Origin: Eledone cirrhosa
Taxonomy: Eukaryota
Direction of reading: 5' to 3'
DNA length: 64,000 bases
Assembly: GCA_964016885.1 (NCBI GenBank)
Contig: OZ024740.1
Span: 247,256,001 to 247,320,000, forward strand
The notes below the pieces were generated by a model. It was not told the DNA's origin. It saw nothing but the letters and a program-made list of their open reading frames with translations, and did not search any database. The position numbers were made by a program, and so were the translations under genes. Positions 14,405 to 26,410 of the stretch are shown here, in pieces (position 1 is the first letter of the stretch; each line of letters opens with the position of its first letter).

Positions 14405-14465
14405 TATTTTATTACAAGTATTTCAAGGGTACTAATATTTAAGTACGTTTTCGTCAGATAAAATA
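14405..14465 (-). ncRNA. Type I hammerhead ribozyme
   Basis: Minus: TATTTTAT-CTGACGA-AAACGTACT-loop-AGTACCCTT-GAAA-TACTTG-TA-ATAAAATA. Confidence 0.7.
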
Positions 14466-14555
14466 TAATTTATATATAATATATATTATATATATATATA
14501 TAATTTATATATATATATAAATTATATATATATAATATATATTATATTTAAATTA

Positions 14556-14616
14556 TATTTCATCTGACGAAAGCGTACTTAAATATTAGTACCCTTGAAA
14601 TACTTATAATAAAATA
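14556..14616 (+). ncRNA. Type I hammerhead ribozyme
   Basis: TATTTCAT-CTGACGA-AAGCGTACT-TAAATATT-AGTACCCTT-GAAA-TACTTA-TA-ATAAAATA. Confidence 0.72.
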
Positions 14617-14888
14617 AATATGGTTTTATAAAGATATTTTCCATTTATTAATATTATTGATATTAATGATACTCCGGATTAAACTGTTGAGTGCTTCTAA
14701 TCTGTTTCAAAATTAACTTTGTTCAATAGTCAACAAACCAAATAACTCATTGTTTAATATGATGATTTCTAAAGAATGAAACAGTTCTAGTCCTGTAGAA
14801 TCCCATCTATATTAAAACTTTTATACTCTGCTATGTATTGAGTGCCTTACTTAATGGGTTACCTCCGATTTAACGAGGAATAACTTAA

Positions 14889-14956
<68 letters not shown>

Positions 14957-15293
14957 ACATATATATATGTATAATTTATATATACATATATAATTTATAT
15001 ATATATATATATCCATCTAACTGTCTGTCTGTTTATCTATCTGTCCTCTTTCCTCCTCACCGCACATCTACCGTCTCTTATGTAAACAGTCCCAGCGAGA
15101 CACGTCTTAGGCAACTTCATGTTCCAGTTCCTATCTATCAGATAATATTTTAGGTTGAAAGATCTGCAGAAGTGTTTTTCACCTTCAGCGAGAAATGATA
15201 GAATATCCAGCAGCGTTTGTATACAACGGCTCAGTTGTGTTGTTGTGGACGTAACGTGAAGATATGCGTACATTATATATAATATATTTATAT

Positions 15294-15366
<73 letters not shown>

Positions 15367-15655
15367 CAAATAACGAAACGAAATTAAATTTCGTTTCGTT
15401 TGTAACTCACTTTTGTATGACTGACGCTTAAACAATTAAGTTAAAAATGTACATCTACATATGCATACTAAAATACTAGTGTGCATATGAATACACACAC
15501 GTATACATATGTAGATGTAACAAGTCTTTCACTGGTTACTTTACTGTGAGTAACCCAGCTATTCTGTATGTAAACACACAGACAAACCGGTTTTTAGAGT
15601 CATACTGGTTTTCGAGGAAACACCTTTCCTCTATTCTCCAGAAAGCCAGACAAGG

Positions 15656-15700
15656 AATATTGAACTAGTTTCGTTGTTGTTGCAACTCATCAGCAATATT
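15656..15700 (-). ncRNA. Minimal type I hammerhead ribozyme
   Basis: Minus: AATATTG-CTGATGA-GTTG-CAACAA-CAAC-GAAA-CTAG-TT-CAATATT. Confidence 0.9.
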
Positions 15701-16158
15701 TACCTATCTACCGGCCTTTCTGGAGAATCGTAAAAGCACATATCGTTATATGCTTTTTCTATGAAAATTAGTAGTGGGCAGACTAATTTGTATAGAGTGT
15801 GAGTACGCACCGGTTCAGCGGAGACGATAAAAACAAATAACGAAACGAAATTAAATTTCGTTTCGTTTGTAACTCACTTTTGTATGACTGACGCTTAAAC
15901 AATTAAGTTAAAAATGTACATCTACATATGCATACTGAAATACTAGTGTGCATATGAATACACACACGTATACATATGTAGATGTAACAAGTCTTTCACT
16001 GGTTACTTTACTGTTTCGTTATTTGTTTTTATCGTCTCCGCTGAACCGGTGCGTACTCACACTCTATGCAAATTAGTCTGCCCACTACTAATTTTCATAG
16101 AAAAAGCATATAACGATATGTGCTTTTACGATTCTCCAGAAAGGCCGGTAGATAGGTA

Positions 16159-16203
16159 AATATTGCTGATGAGTTGTAACAACAACGAAACTAGTTCAAT
16201 ATT
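16159..16203 (+). ncRNA. Minimal type I hammerhead ribozyme
   Basis: AATATTG-CTGATGA-GTTG-TAACAA-CAAC-GAAA-CTAG-TT-CAATATT; palindromic stem III ACTAGT; predicted GUU cleavage triplet. Confidence 0.9.
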
Positions 16204-16625
16204 CCTTGTCTGGCTTTCTGGAGAATAGAGGAAAGGTGTTTCCTCGAAAACCAGTATGACTCTAAAAACCGGTTTGTCCGTGTGTTTACATACAGAATAG
16301 CTGGGTTACTCACAGTAAAGTAACCAGTGAAAGACTTGTTACATCTACATATGTATACGTGTGTGTATTCATATGCACACTAGTATTTCAGTATGCATAT
16401 GTAGATGTACATTTTTAACTTAATTGTTTAAGCGTCAGTCATACAAAAGTGAGTTACAAACGAAACGAAATTTAATTTCGTTTCGTTATTTGTTTTTATC
16501 GTCTCCGCTGAACCGGTGCGTACTCACACTCTATGCAAATTAGTCTGCCCACTACTAATTTTCATAGAAAAAGCATATAACGATATGTGCTTTTACGATT
16601 CTCCAGAAAGGCCGGTAGATAGGTA

Positions 16626-16670
16626 AATATTGCTGATGAGTTGTAACAACAACGAAACTAGTTCAATATT
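16626..16670 (+). ncRNA. Minimal type I hammerhead ribozyme (second tandem copy)
   Basis: Identical to 16159-16203. Confidence 0.9.
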
Positions 16671-16905
16671 CCTTGTCTGGCTTTCTGGAGAATAGAGGAA
16701 AGGTGTTTCCTCGAAAACCAGTATGACTCTAAAAACCGGTTTGTCTGTGTGTTTACATACAGAATAGCTGGGTTACTCACAGTAAAGTAACCAGTGAAAG
16801 ACTTGTTACATCTACATATGTATACGTGTGTGTATTCATATGCACACTAGTATTTCAGTATGCATATGTAGATGTACATTTTTAACTTAATTGTTTATAT
16901 ATATA

Positions 16906-18086
16906 TACTTTAACTTTAATTATATCTCATAAAATAATACAACTGGTTTTTCCACATTATACATATTGTTAGCACCCCAAACACTTAAATTGGGTTTATA
17001 TTTAAATATAACCTAAGGTTTGTTGAGTGAGATGGTTACTAGTGAGAGTTTAGCTTTAAACTATCTCTGTTATTGTATTAAATATTTACTCTTGATTGGC
17101 CAGAGGTGTTTATTTCCAGGTACCTTATGAATTTGACTTTCCGTATTTATTACTGTTGTGAAATATTGTGGCTTTTTTTGGATGTAACTTCTCTGTTTTC
17201 TAGCCTAAGAAAATATATATATATGCCTACGTATATAATTACATGCATATAATTATTTATTTTCTTTTATTAATTGAGTTCTTTACACGAGGAATCAATA
17301 TTGGTTTTGAAATAACTAATTAACCCGCGTGTGTTTTATATTTTACTCTTAATTCGGCCGGAGAATTATATTCCCATTTGCCCTTTATAGCATAACTTTC
17401 TGCATTTACTGCGGTTATGAGAAGAGGTTCTTATTCGGGTACAACTTCTGATTTAGCCTAAGAAAATATCTATATGCGTGTGTAATTTATACAAGCATAT
17501 ATTTATTTTTTAATTTTCAATTGAGTTGTTAAACACGTTGGATTGATAATGTTTTCAAAAAAACTAATTAACCCGCGTGTATATTATTATTTTTTTTCCT
17601 CATTTCGTGGATCGTGGGTTGTCTCCCCTTCCCGCTTCGTGTCGCTATGATACTTCCTCAGCCAAAAACTGCTGGAATTTCAAATTTGGCGGTCATTCGA
17701 GGCGAGAGAGAGTAACTTTACGAACACGATTTTTGACAGCGGTAAGAAATTATTTTCTTATATCAAAGTTTAACGGGCTTCCACTGATGATTTATAAGTA
17801 CCCACCTAAATATATTCTTACATGAATATATATTAGGCTTCTACATAAACTGGAAACATTCTCCCAACTTGTAGAAAACTTATAATGAAACAATTGTTTG
17901 GAAAGAGATATACTTTAACTTTAATTATATCTCATAAAATAATACAACTGGTTTTTCCACATTATACATATTGTTAGCACCCCAAACACTTAAATTGGGT
18001 TTATATTTAAATATAACCTAAGGTTTGTTGAGTGAGATGGTTACCTGTCAGAGTTTAGCTTTAAACTATCTCTGTTATTGTATTAA
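16906..18086 (+). mobile_element. ~1.0-kb non-coding HHR element with ~175-bp direct terminal redundancy
   Basis: 16906-17081 repeated at ~17911-18086; HHR directly upstream of the second copy; internal diverged duplication 17201-17332 / 17454-17580. Confidence 0.75.
17779..17903 (+). ncRNA. Type I hammerhead with ~96-nt branched stem II
   Basis: TTCCA-CTGATGA-T-TTATAAGT...ACTTATAA-T-GAAA-CAATTG-TT-TGGAA. Confidence 0.82.
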
Positions 18087-18110
18087 TTATGTATATATAT
18101 ATATATATAT

Positions 18111-18179
18111 TTATTAAAATAACAGATTAAAGTTTAAGCAAAGAATCGGTGCTTAAACTTTAATCAGTTATTTTAATAA
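18111..18179. repeat. Short hairpin (30-bp arms, 9-nt loop); left arm plus loop also present at ~533-566
   Basis: TTATTAAAATAACAGATTAAAGTTTAAGCA / TGCTTAAACTTTAATCAGTTATTTTAATAA. Confidence 0.85.
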
Positions 18180-18266
18180 ATATTTGCTCTACGGTTCTTA
18201 TATATTTGATATATATTTATCCTTATCAAGCCCTCTTTGGATTTTAGTCTTCAAATTTATTATTAT

Positions 18267-18331
<65 letters not shown>

Positions 18332-18720
18332 GAGGTTATATTTAATTTGTTGGGATTCAACAAGCTTAACATTTTTTATAACTGATATAAAGCACTCAAC
18401 AATTTTGTTTTATAAAGAAATATTTAAGTTTTGACTTACAACTATTAATATAATATAAATACTTGTTTTAATTTTAATTTTTAATTTTTTTATTTTTTTA
18501 TTTTTTAATTTTTTAATTTTTAATATTAATATTAAATTAAATCTTTAATATTATTTCAATATAATTTTAATCTTTAATTTTTATTTTTTATTTTTTATTT
18601 TTTATTTTTTATTTTTTATTTTTTATTTTTTATTTTTTATTTTTTATTTTTTATTTTTTATTTTTTATTTTTTATTTTTTTTATTTATTTATTTATTTAT
18701 TTATTTTTTTATTTTTTTTT

Positions 18721-18753
<33 letters not shown>

Positions 18754-19280
18754 TTATTATTTTTTTTTTATTTATTTATTTTTTTATTTATTTATTTTTT
18801 TTATTATTTTTTTTTTATTTTTTTTATTTTTTATTTTTAATCTAATTTTTCAACCTATCATTATAAATATTGTATTCACAACGTAATGAACCCTACATTC
18901 TAAATATTATTCTTCCACGTTAATCTTATTTCTTCTTTCACTTCTTTCACTTAGATATATTTACGCTATGTATATTTTTCCATTAAAACTTATTTCTTCA
19001 TTCAATCTATCTCCACTATCACTATGTATAATCGTTCTTTCTTTTCTCTTCTCTCTTTCTCCTTTCTTTTCTTTTTTCTCTCTCCCTTACATATCATCTT
19101 CTTCCAACAGTTTAATTTAAATAAACCGTTATCTTTTCAATTTTTCGGACACTCATGTGCATACTCACTCATAACTTTGTATTACCCTCAATAAAATATC
19201 TCCACTATCCAGGAAACTCCAACCGTTAAGGTTGTCTTTTTTTTTCGGGTATGTCAATATTTATTTATAAAACAAATTTG

Positions 19281-19346
19281 TATTTTATCTGATGAAAGCG
19301 CACCATAATTTGCCTTGGTTGCCCTTGAAATATAAATAGTAAAATA
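19281..19346 (+). ncRNA. Type I hammerhead ribozyme (TATTTTAT family) at the end of a pyrimidine-rich PLE-like 3' region
   Basis: TATTTTAT-CTGATGA-AAGCGCACCA...TGGTTGCCCTT-GAAA-TATAAA-TA-GTAAAATA; flanks resemble 62000-62195. Confidence 0.75.
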
Positions 19347-19384
19347 AACATGGTTTTATAAATATAGTTTCCATTTATTAATAT

Positions 19385-19451
<67 letters not shown>

Positions 19452-19829
19452 CAAAGGAGATTGATATATGATATATAACGACCATGTGGCTCTATGATAA
19501 CTCTGAGAGAATTACAACTAAAAATCCAAGACCCCAGAGTCTGCATAGAAAATAACATATATAATATTTTTCAGGGAATAATCTAATTACGTTAAAAAAA
19601 CGTAGACAGAATAAATCTTATACTTACATTGCTAATAAGTTTTTACAAAGCCTATATGGTACTATTTCACGCAGCAAAAATCATCAACATTTACCGTTGA
19701 TTAACATCGGCATATGGTGAAGCCGAGAGCTGCAATTATCATTAAACTTGAAATTTTGAATAGACATTCCCTATTACAATGTGAACAATTCCATGATCAT
19801 TATCTTCAGCAAGGGAGGATATGTCCTGT

Positions 19830-20050
19830 CCTCGAGCAGCCCTTTTGAGTTCAGCATGTCAAACACGTTCCATCTCAAAATTATCCACACTGTGCTTTAT
19901 GCTGCATCTCTAACCTGTCCTATCATGAGCTGTCTCTACCCAATTCTTACAATTTATTTTTACTTTATTCAATGTTTCATTCAAGGAATCTTTGTATCGT
20001 TTCCTTGGTGTATGGCGCGATCAATTTCCTAGCTTTAGTTCCCCGTAGAG
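19830..20050 (-). pseudogene. Degenerate RTE-like LINE C-terminal fragment
   Basis: Minus translation gives PRKRYKDSL...W...AHDR..*R...FE.ER...ELKRAAR with stops. Confidence 0.5.
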
Positions 20051-21381
20051 AAATTGTTTAGGAATGCGGCTATCAAAAAAGCGAACACAGTGTCCTGACC
20101 ATCTTAGGTGACTATGCATGATCATTGCCTCTATCAAGCATGTTTGCTCTCTCGAGAACAACTGTATCTGGAGTGAGAGATTTCCAGGATATGTCTGGAC
20201 TTACAAACCATTTACAGACTCACTTTAGAGAACTGTCCACTTAAAAATAAAAGAAGTAAATAAATGAAAATTGGATATTCGAATGAGTTTTGTTCGTTCA
20301 TCGTGTATCAACCCTTACACACATACACACACACGCGCGCACGGACACACACACACACACATATATATATATATGTATGTTCCTTTTTTATCTTTGTCCT
20401 GTGCTCGCCCTATTTGAATATAAATATGTGTATGTATAAATATGAGACTTATGTCTCAGTGCATCAGTGAATAAGCAGTGACCAACAAATATGTGTGTGT
20501 GTGTGCGTGTTTATCTCTCTTTGAATGTACAAGTGAACTATTTATGTATGTATCTATGTCAGTGCGCCCATATACAAGTCGTGCGTATGTTTAAATAAGT
20601 TATATATGTGTAAGTATATGTATATATATTGTATTGTGTTGACGTAGGAGTGATCTATATTAAGAACCTCCGTTTACTGCAACACAACCTGTACTCTCAA
20701 TGTAGAGAACAGCCGCCATATCGTCACGTAGTTTATATGATTCTTATTGCATTAATTCATTCCTTGTTTGCTTTAGGAGTGTGTCTGCAATATGCCCTCT
20801 TAGTAACGACCAACTGAGAGAGGAGGAGGTGGAGGAGGAGGAGGCGGAGGAGGAGGAGGAGGAGGAGGAGGTGGAGGGGTAGCATGAATGTGAGATAAAC
20901 GAAGGTAAAGAAACGAGTAGAAAATAGATGATATATTGGGGAGAGCAAAAAATAAAAAATATGTTTGCACACGTGCTAATAATGCAGGGTTGCCTAATGT
21001 ATTTTATAAAAAGAACATTTTCAAAAATATAGCGGATTGTTTTCGTTAGAATGTAGCGCAGAATGAAACCATTACTAGTAAATTGATACACACACACTGA
21101 CCAATATCTATCTATATACTACTAAAACTCTGTGATTACGTGCTTTTCTGTAATTTAATACAGCCAAAACGGCGCATAATGGGAAAATACTTTGAAAGGA
21201 GGTTGACCCTGAAATGGGAATACAAATGGAATAAAACAAGTTTCAAGAAAATCGGAGCACGAGTTCCCGAGATACGGGGTTTTTCTGGGTACCTTCATAA
21301 ATAGCCAACAGCTCCGTGATAACCAATTAGATCACTAACGCGCTAACCGTTGTGTTTCATTTCCGAAAAGCCTTAGTGAAG

Positions 21382-22826
21382 TCAAGTTAAAGACAGACAG
21401 GATGAGATGACGCATTGCTGTGTATCCAAAAACAGCAAAACAACTAGACTACCTGTGACCCAACTTTCATCTTTTATTTCATTCGCGTTTTGACTTTTCA
21501 TCTCCCAAAACATAATTATTGTCTCAACGAATAGAATTTTTTTAGCACTTTGTGACATGACAACCAACGGTGAACTGATTATCCATATTTTCTAGCAAAT
21601 GGCTGAACTGACGGTGGAGCACGGCCTCTCATATAGTTCAGTGTCTTTGTGACCAAGCTAAGCACATGATGCAATTTTAGAATATTTGAACACAAATTTT
21701 GCTGAAGAATAATATAGTGAAAATGTGCAAATGATGAATCTGGATGCGAGTTTTCTATTTTTGTTCGTAACTTGGCAGCAACACCATTATGTCTTCCAAC
21801 CATATTCGCAGTACCACCAGTAGATAGCATGCAAGTTTACTCAAATCAAAACCATAGTCATGCAGAACCTGCACAACCTTCTCAAAGATGTCCTGGCTTG
21901 TTGTAGTGTCATGCATGGGGACCAGTTCAATCAGTTTTTCATAAATATTAAATTCACTGTCACAGGTCCCGATGAAGACTGCAAGCTGTGCTATTCCAGT
22001 GATGTCAACAGTCTCATCAATAGCAATATAAAAAAATATTCAAACCTTGATGATACAGCCTTCAACTGTTGTTTCAGATCACCTGATATTTCATCAATCC
22101 ATTCAGTAACAGTGTTCCTGGTTAATAAAATATCTTTGAATAACTGATTTCTCTGGTCATACAATTTTCAGCTGTTTTTACAAGGCATTGCTTTAGAAAG
22201 TCCCCTTCATTGTAAGATTTCCCACTCAAGGTGATCATTCAGCTGAGTTCATAGCTTGCAGTAACGGAAGCGACATTCCATTCCTCAAATTTCATAAAAT
22301 AGGTCTGTTGCTGTGTCAAGTGAGCCTTCAATTCTTTGACTCTTGAAACACACAATGGGCTTTCATATTTATCGTAAGATCGATGGTTTGTTTCATAATG
22401 TCTTTTAAATTGTACTCCTTTGGAGTGGCGATGCAGTTGTTGCAAATTAAACAGTGTATCTTTCCGTTCACTTTTGTGCAAAAATACTGTAATTCCCACT
22501 TTTCTTGAAACACTCGTCCGTCTTCGTTCAATTTCCTTTTTCTCTTAGCTGGAGAAGCACTAGCCATTTAAAAAAAAAAAATTTTTGAAATTTTGAAAGA
22601 AAGTCTTATGTTTACAGCCGCTAATGAGCTGCACATGGTTCGCCGGAAGTTAAAAGTAGTTGATAAAAATCGCACATACACAAAAAAAAACAAAAAAAAC
22701 AAAAAAAACAATCGTATCGAAAAATATTTTTATTTTATATTACGAAGATAAAACATGCTCGCTCTGTAAAAAGCTTTGTGCGGGCCGCATGTGTGCTTGC
22801 AAAGGGCCACATGTTTGACATGTCTG
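21382..22826 (-). mobile_element. Decayed hAT (Charlie/SPIN-like, EPM2AIP1/GTF2IRD2-type) DNA transposon, 5' part with one TIR
   Basis: KRKL...RVFQEKW..QYF....CLICN......KEYNL.RHYET.H (BED-like), T(D)G..NM.G...G, H.ILQQ.LC; terminal CAGACATGTCAAAC..GGCCC at 22826; many frameshifts. Confidence 0.85.
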
Positions 22827-22854
22827 GTATATATATATATATATATATATATAT

Positions 22855-22878
22855 AACCCTAACCCTAACCCTAACCCT
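22855..22878. repeat. Short interstitial telomeric tract (AACCCT)4
   Basis: AACCCTAACCCTAACCCTAACCCT = (TTAGGG)n on the minus strand. Confidence 0.85.
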
Positions 22879-23760
22879 GTACTGGATTATACCATCATGT
22901 CCAGGGTCCGGGTAAATATTTTATTTATTTTATTTGACCTGTTTGGCTTGCCTCGTCTTTTTTGGCTTAGGTGGTTGATGGCTTCTTGGCCGCCATCTCA
23001 GTTTGTTTGGCCTTTATAACCTATGTTTATTGCTCTGGTCTCTATTTGGTCGACAGAGCGCTTGCCAGCATAACTCGGATATTACGTTTCGCTTTGTTTT
23101 CGACCACGGCCGAAATACGAATCTCGCTGAAATTATATTTGTATTAATCTCCCGAGTCTAACAATTAACCAGTTAATATTTTAATTTTTTTTAGATAATT
23201 CTATTGACTGATTAATTGCTTAAGTTTATTTTAAAAACTAACTGGTCGAGAGCTTAATTCGATTTGTGCAGTTTTTGCAATTATTGCATTAATTTTACAC
23301 TTACTGAATTCATCTGCCAAAATCTGGGTTTTTCTCCCTTGAAGCGTTACACACGTGATTTTATCACTACATACCACTGTGTGATTCTGAACGCTGGCGT
23401 AGAACAAAATACCTGTTGACGAAGTGACAACCTTGTTCGGTCATTGTACCAAAAGCTTATTATTTTAAGCAGGCAGTATAATTGATTTAGGTGTCGCAGA
23501 AACCCTGTACTGGATTATACCACCATTTCCAGGGTCCGATAAATATTTCATTTATTTTGTTTGACCTGTTTGACATGCCTCGTCTTTTTAGGTAGAGGAT
23601 TGATGGCTTCTTGGCCGCCATCTTAGTTTGTTTGGCCTTTATACCCTATGTGTATTGCTCTGGTCTCTATTTGGTCCATGGAACGCTTGCCAGCATAACT
23701 CGGATATTACGTTTCGCTTTGTTTTCGACCATAGCCGAAATACGAATCTCGCTGAAATTA
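22873..23760. repeat. Diverged ~265-bp direct repeat with 628-bp period (unclassified non-coding element)
   Basis: AACCCTGTACTGGATTATAC...GAATCTCGCTGAAATTATA at 22873-23137 and 23501-23762. Confidence 0.85.
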
Positions 23761-23940
23761 TATATATATATATGCGTGTGTCCTGTTTGCGTATGTATGT
23801 ATTTGTATTTGTGTATGTATATATGTATGTATGTATTTATGTATGTATATCTAAACTATAATAAAGTAAGGTCTGCGGGACTGCGTACGGTTTATCTTTT
23901 AGTCCAGTTAGTAAAATAAGTTGAATTACTTTGAATAAAT

Positions 23941-24124
23941 AATTGTTTCTACTTTTTGGCACAAGGCCAGCAATTATTCCAGTGTATTACTGGTACTTTA
24001 TTTTATCGACCCCGTAAGGATGAAAGGCAAAGTTAACCTCGGCGGGATTTGAACTCAGTTCGTAAAGGGACGTAACTGTGCTGCAAAGCATGGCGTCCGA
24101 CCCTCTACCGATACTGCCAATCCA
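23941..24124 (-). mobile_element. tRNA-derived SINE
   Basis: Same family as 11644-11830. Confidence 0.85.
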
Positions 24125-24661
24125 AATAATGAATGAATATTACATAATTTATGTCCTAAATTTCGTAAACATAAATAATTTAAAATTGACTTGTTTTCAA
24201 ATTTTCATTCACATTTCTACACTTCCGGAATATCGTCGCCACCACCACCACTTCAACTACCATATATATAGAAAGAGTGAGTGTGTGATGAGAGAGATAG
24301 AGAGATTATGATTTTCTACACGCTGACGCGTATGATTGTGCACATACATACATCTATGTGTATGAGTATATAATTATTATGAGTATATAACTATAATCGC
24401 GCAAACACAAACTTATAAAAATACACGCTCACCGACATTCACGCAAATACACATACATTCACACAAACATACATACATTCACACATACATTTACACAAAC
24501 ACACACACACAGTCATGATAGCAGCGTCCGGTGAATTGGAAATGCGAGGGTAAAACAAATATAACGTTTTATTTATTTATTAACTCTTTATTTATTTATT
24601 AACTCTTTTTTTTTAAACTCATTTAATATAATGGTTACAGAACGAAAACACTAACAAATAT

Positions 24662-25038
24662 AATTGTTTCTACTTTTGGCACTAGGTCAGCAATTATCCC
24701 AGTGTATTACTGGTACTTTATTTTATCAACCCCGTAAGGATGAAAGGCAAAGTTAAACTCGGTGGGATTTTAACTCAGATCGTAAAGGGCCGCAACTCTA
24801 TGCTGCAAAGCATGGCATCTGACCCTCTACAGATACTGCCAATCCACCACCCTTTTAATAATTGTTTCTACTTTTAGCACAAGGCCAGCAATTATCCCAG
24901 TGCATTACTGGTACTTTATTTCATCGACCTTGTAAGGATGAAAGGCAAAGTTAACCTCGACGGGATTTGAACTCAGATTGTAAAGGGACGTAACTATGCT
25001 GGAAAGCATGGCGTCCGACACTAACCGATACTGCCAAT
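24662..25038 (-). mobile_element. Two tandem copies of the tRNA-derived SINE (24662-24852, 24860-25038)
   Basis: Both match 11644-11830. Confidence 0.85.
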
Positions 25039-25189
25039 TCAATATAATATATACAAAGGAAAGGGAAAGGAAAAAAAAAAGAGAACAAATACACAAGCAC
25101 GTAATACAGACATCATAGACCACATAGAACAAAATGCAGACGAAAGAGTGGAAAAACGAGCCGCTACCAGAGCAAAAGATAGCAAAATA

Positions 25190-25630
25190 GCGAGGAGCAC
25201 TGGGAAACCTCTCTAATAATTTTAGGCAGGCCAGCATGCTCGCAGCGTTACCTGGGGTGATGGCGACGCTGAGGTGCTGGAACAACCAAGTGCCCTCACA
25301 AGCATCACCAGTTACCTCTGTTTGGCGAGCCACCAGTGAAGATAAGAACCTCGTTGTATGTCGCCCGACTTCCCCAAAACGTCTCGAACGTCACAAGCTG
25401 GATAATGTCGTTAGCTGACAGAACACGGTATTTTAGGATTTTGTTCCGTTCAGCTGCGGATGCTGTAGCTCTCGCCCTTACCGCTGCATCCAGAATGTGT
25501 GAAGAAGCAAAAGAGTCACTAACTGTGACGTCCCAGGTAAGGCACCTGCCTCTTGACCAGGAGCACAGAGTAAGGGCTATCAAGTCTTTTCCCAACAATT
25601 CAGGACAACCCAGATGGTTCCAAAATTGAG
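25190..25630 (-). pseudogene. 3' fragment of a CRE-like (restriction-like endonuclease) non-LTR element
   Basis: LTL..W..GRCLTWDVTVSDSFA.SH....AASAAE..K..KY..L....LVTFETF and WLFQHLSVAI..GNAASM. Confidence 0.7.
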
Positions 25631-25949
25631 GGGATGTTTGCCCGGGCCAAAGCTCTTGAGTGGTAATAGGACAGTGTGTGTATGGGCGCGCGCGTGAGTT
25701 TGTGGGTGTTCTTAAATTAGAGACATGTGTGTGTGTGCGTGTCACTGTTTTTAAGTTAGATATATATATGTGTGTATCCCTTTCCTTCCTTTTACACACA
25801 CATACATTCACACAAACACACATACACATTGCGCGATGGACCGGTGGACAGAAGTCCCTCAAATTTATATACATGTGAATGGAGTTCTACTGAAGCATTT
25901 AGAGAAGTTCAATGAAGAATCAGATGAAGAGGGGGGGGGGGTAAAAGCC

Positions 25950-26410
25950 AAACTCGCTGTCTTCCTGGTATTCCTGCCAACTCTTACCGAGGATCATGAA
26001 TCTTGAGTAATGACCAAAAGAATACAATTGCAAATACAAGTGGTAGAAATAGGATTCCTCCGAACCATCTTTGGAGTAACGTTACTCGATAAAGTGCATA
26101 GCTCAGAGACCAGAGAGTCACTCCTGGTAGAGCCGCTACTTCCCCTAATTGAGAGATCACAACTCCGATATTATGAGCATGTGGTTAGAATGTCTCAGTA
26201 AAGAATCGCTGGACACATTTTACAGGCAAAACCAACCGGCAAGAGACCCAGAAATAGACCCTGAGAAAGATAGTGGATAACATACATGAGCTTGGCTGGT
26301 CACGCTTTGTATCCAGCTGGATCAGTTAGAGATGTTTGCTACTGATAGACTCGCTGGAAGGAGTGTTTGAGAAGGACTCTGCCCCCACGACCCTCTCAGA
26401 AATAAGTGGG
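25950..26410 (+). pseudogene. RTE-clade LINE 3' fragment
   Basis: PTLT..HES*VMTKRI..QIQ..E.GFLR.I.GVTLLDKV.S...RE.L.VEPLL..IERSQLRY..HV.RM. Confidence 0.8.

Larger units (their letters stand above)
14270..14751. repeat. Inverted repeat, ~200-bp arms, AT spacer, one HHR per arm
   Basis: 14270-14470 is the reverse complement of 14551-14751 with few mismatches. Confidence 0.93.
15362..16897. mobile_element. Non-LTR retrozyme-like array: 467-bp non-coding unit, ~1.4 copies on minus (15362-16013) plus ~1.9 copies on plus (16014-16897)
   Basis: CTGATGA at 16166 and 16633 (467-bp period); copies near-identical; one HHR per unit; (TA)n on both sides; no ORF. Confidence 0.9.

Noticed and set aside
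15362-16897. CRISPR-like or prokaryotic repeat array
   Set aside because: Units are 467-bp full duplicates with no unique spacers and no cas genes; the context is eukaryotic.
19628-19730. Minus-strand exon-like segment (TTGCAG ... GTAAGTA)
   Set aside because: Stops in all three frames and no partner exons; cannot be called without transcripts.
21105-21380. Helitron/Helentron-like non-autonomous element (TCTATCTATATACT start, AAGTTTCAAGAAAATCGG motif)
   Set aside because: Resemblance from memory only; no second copy or defined end in the window.
23411-23475. TTGACGA-AGTGAC...GTCATT with CCTG/CAGG flanks
   Set aside because: No GAAA after the hairpin and a non-consensus first base.
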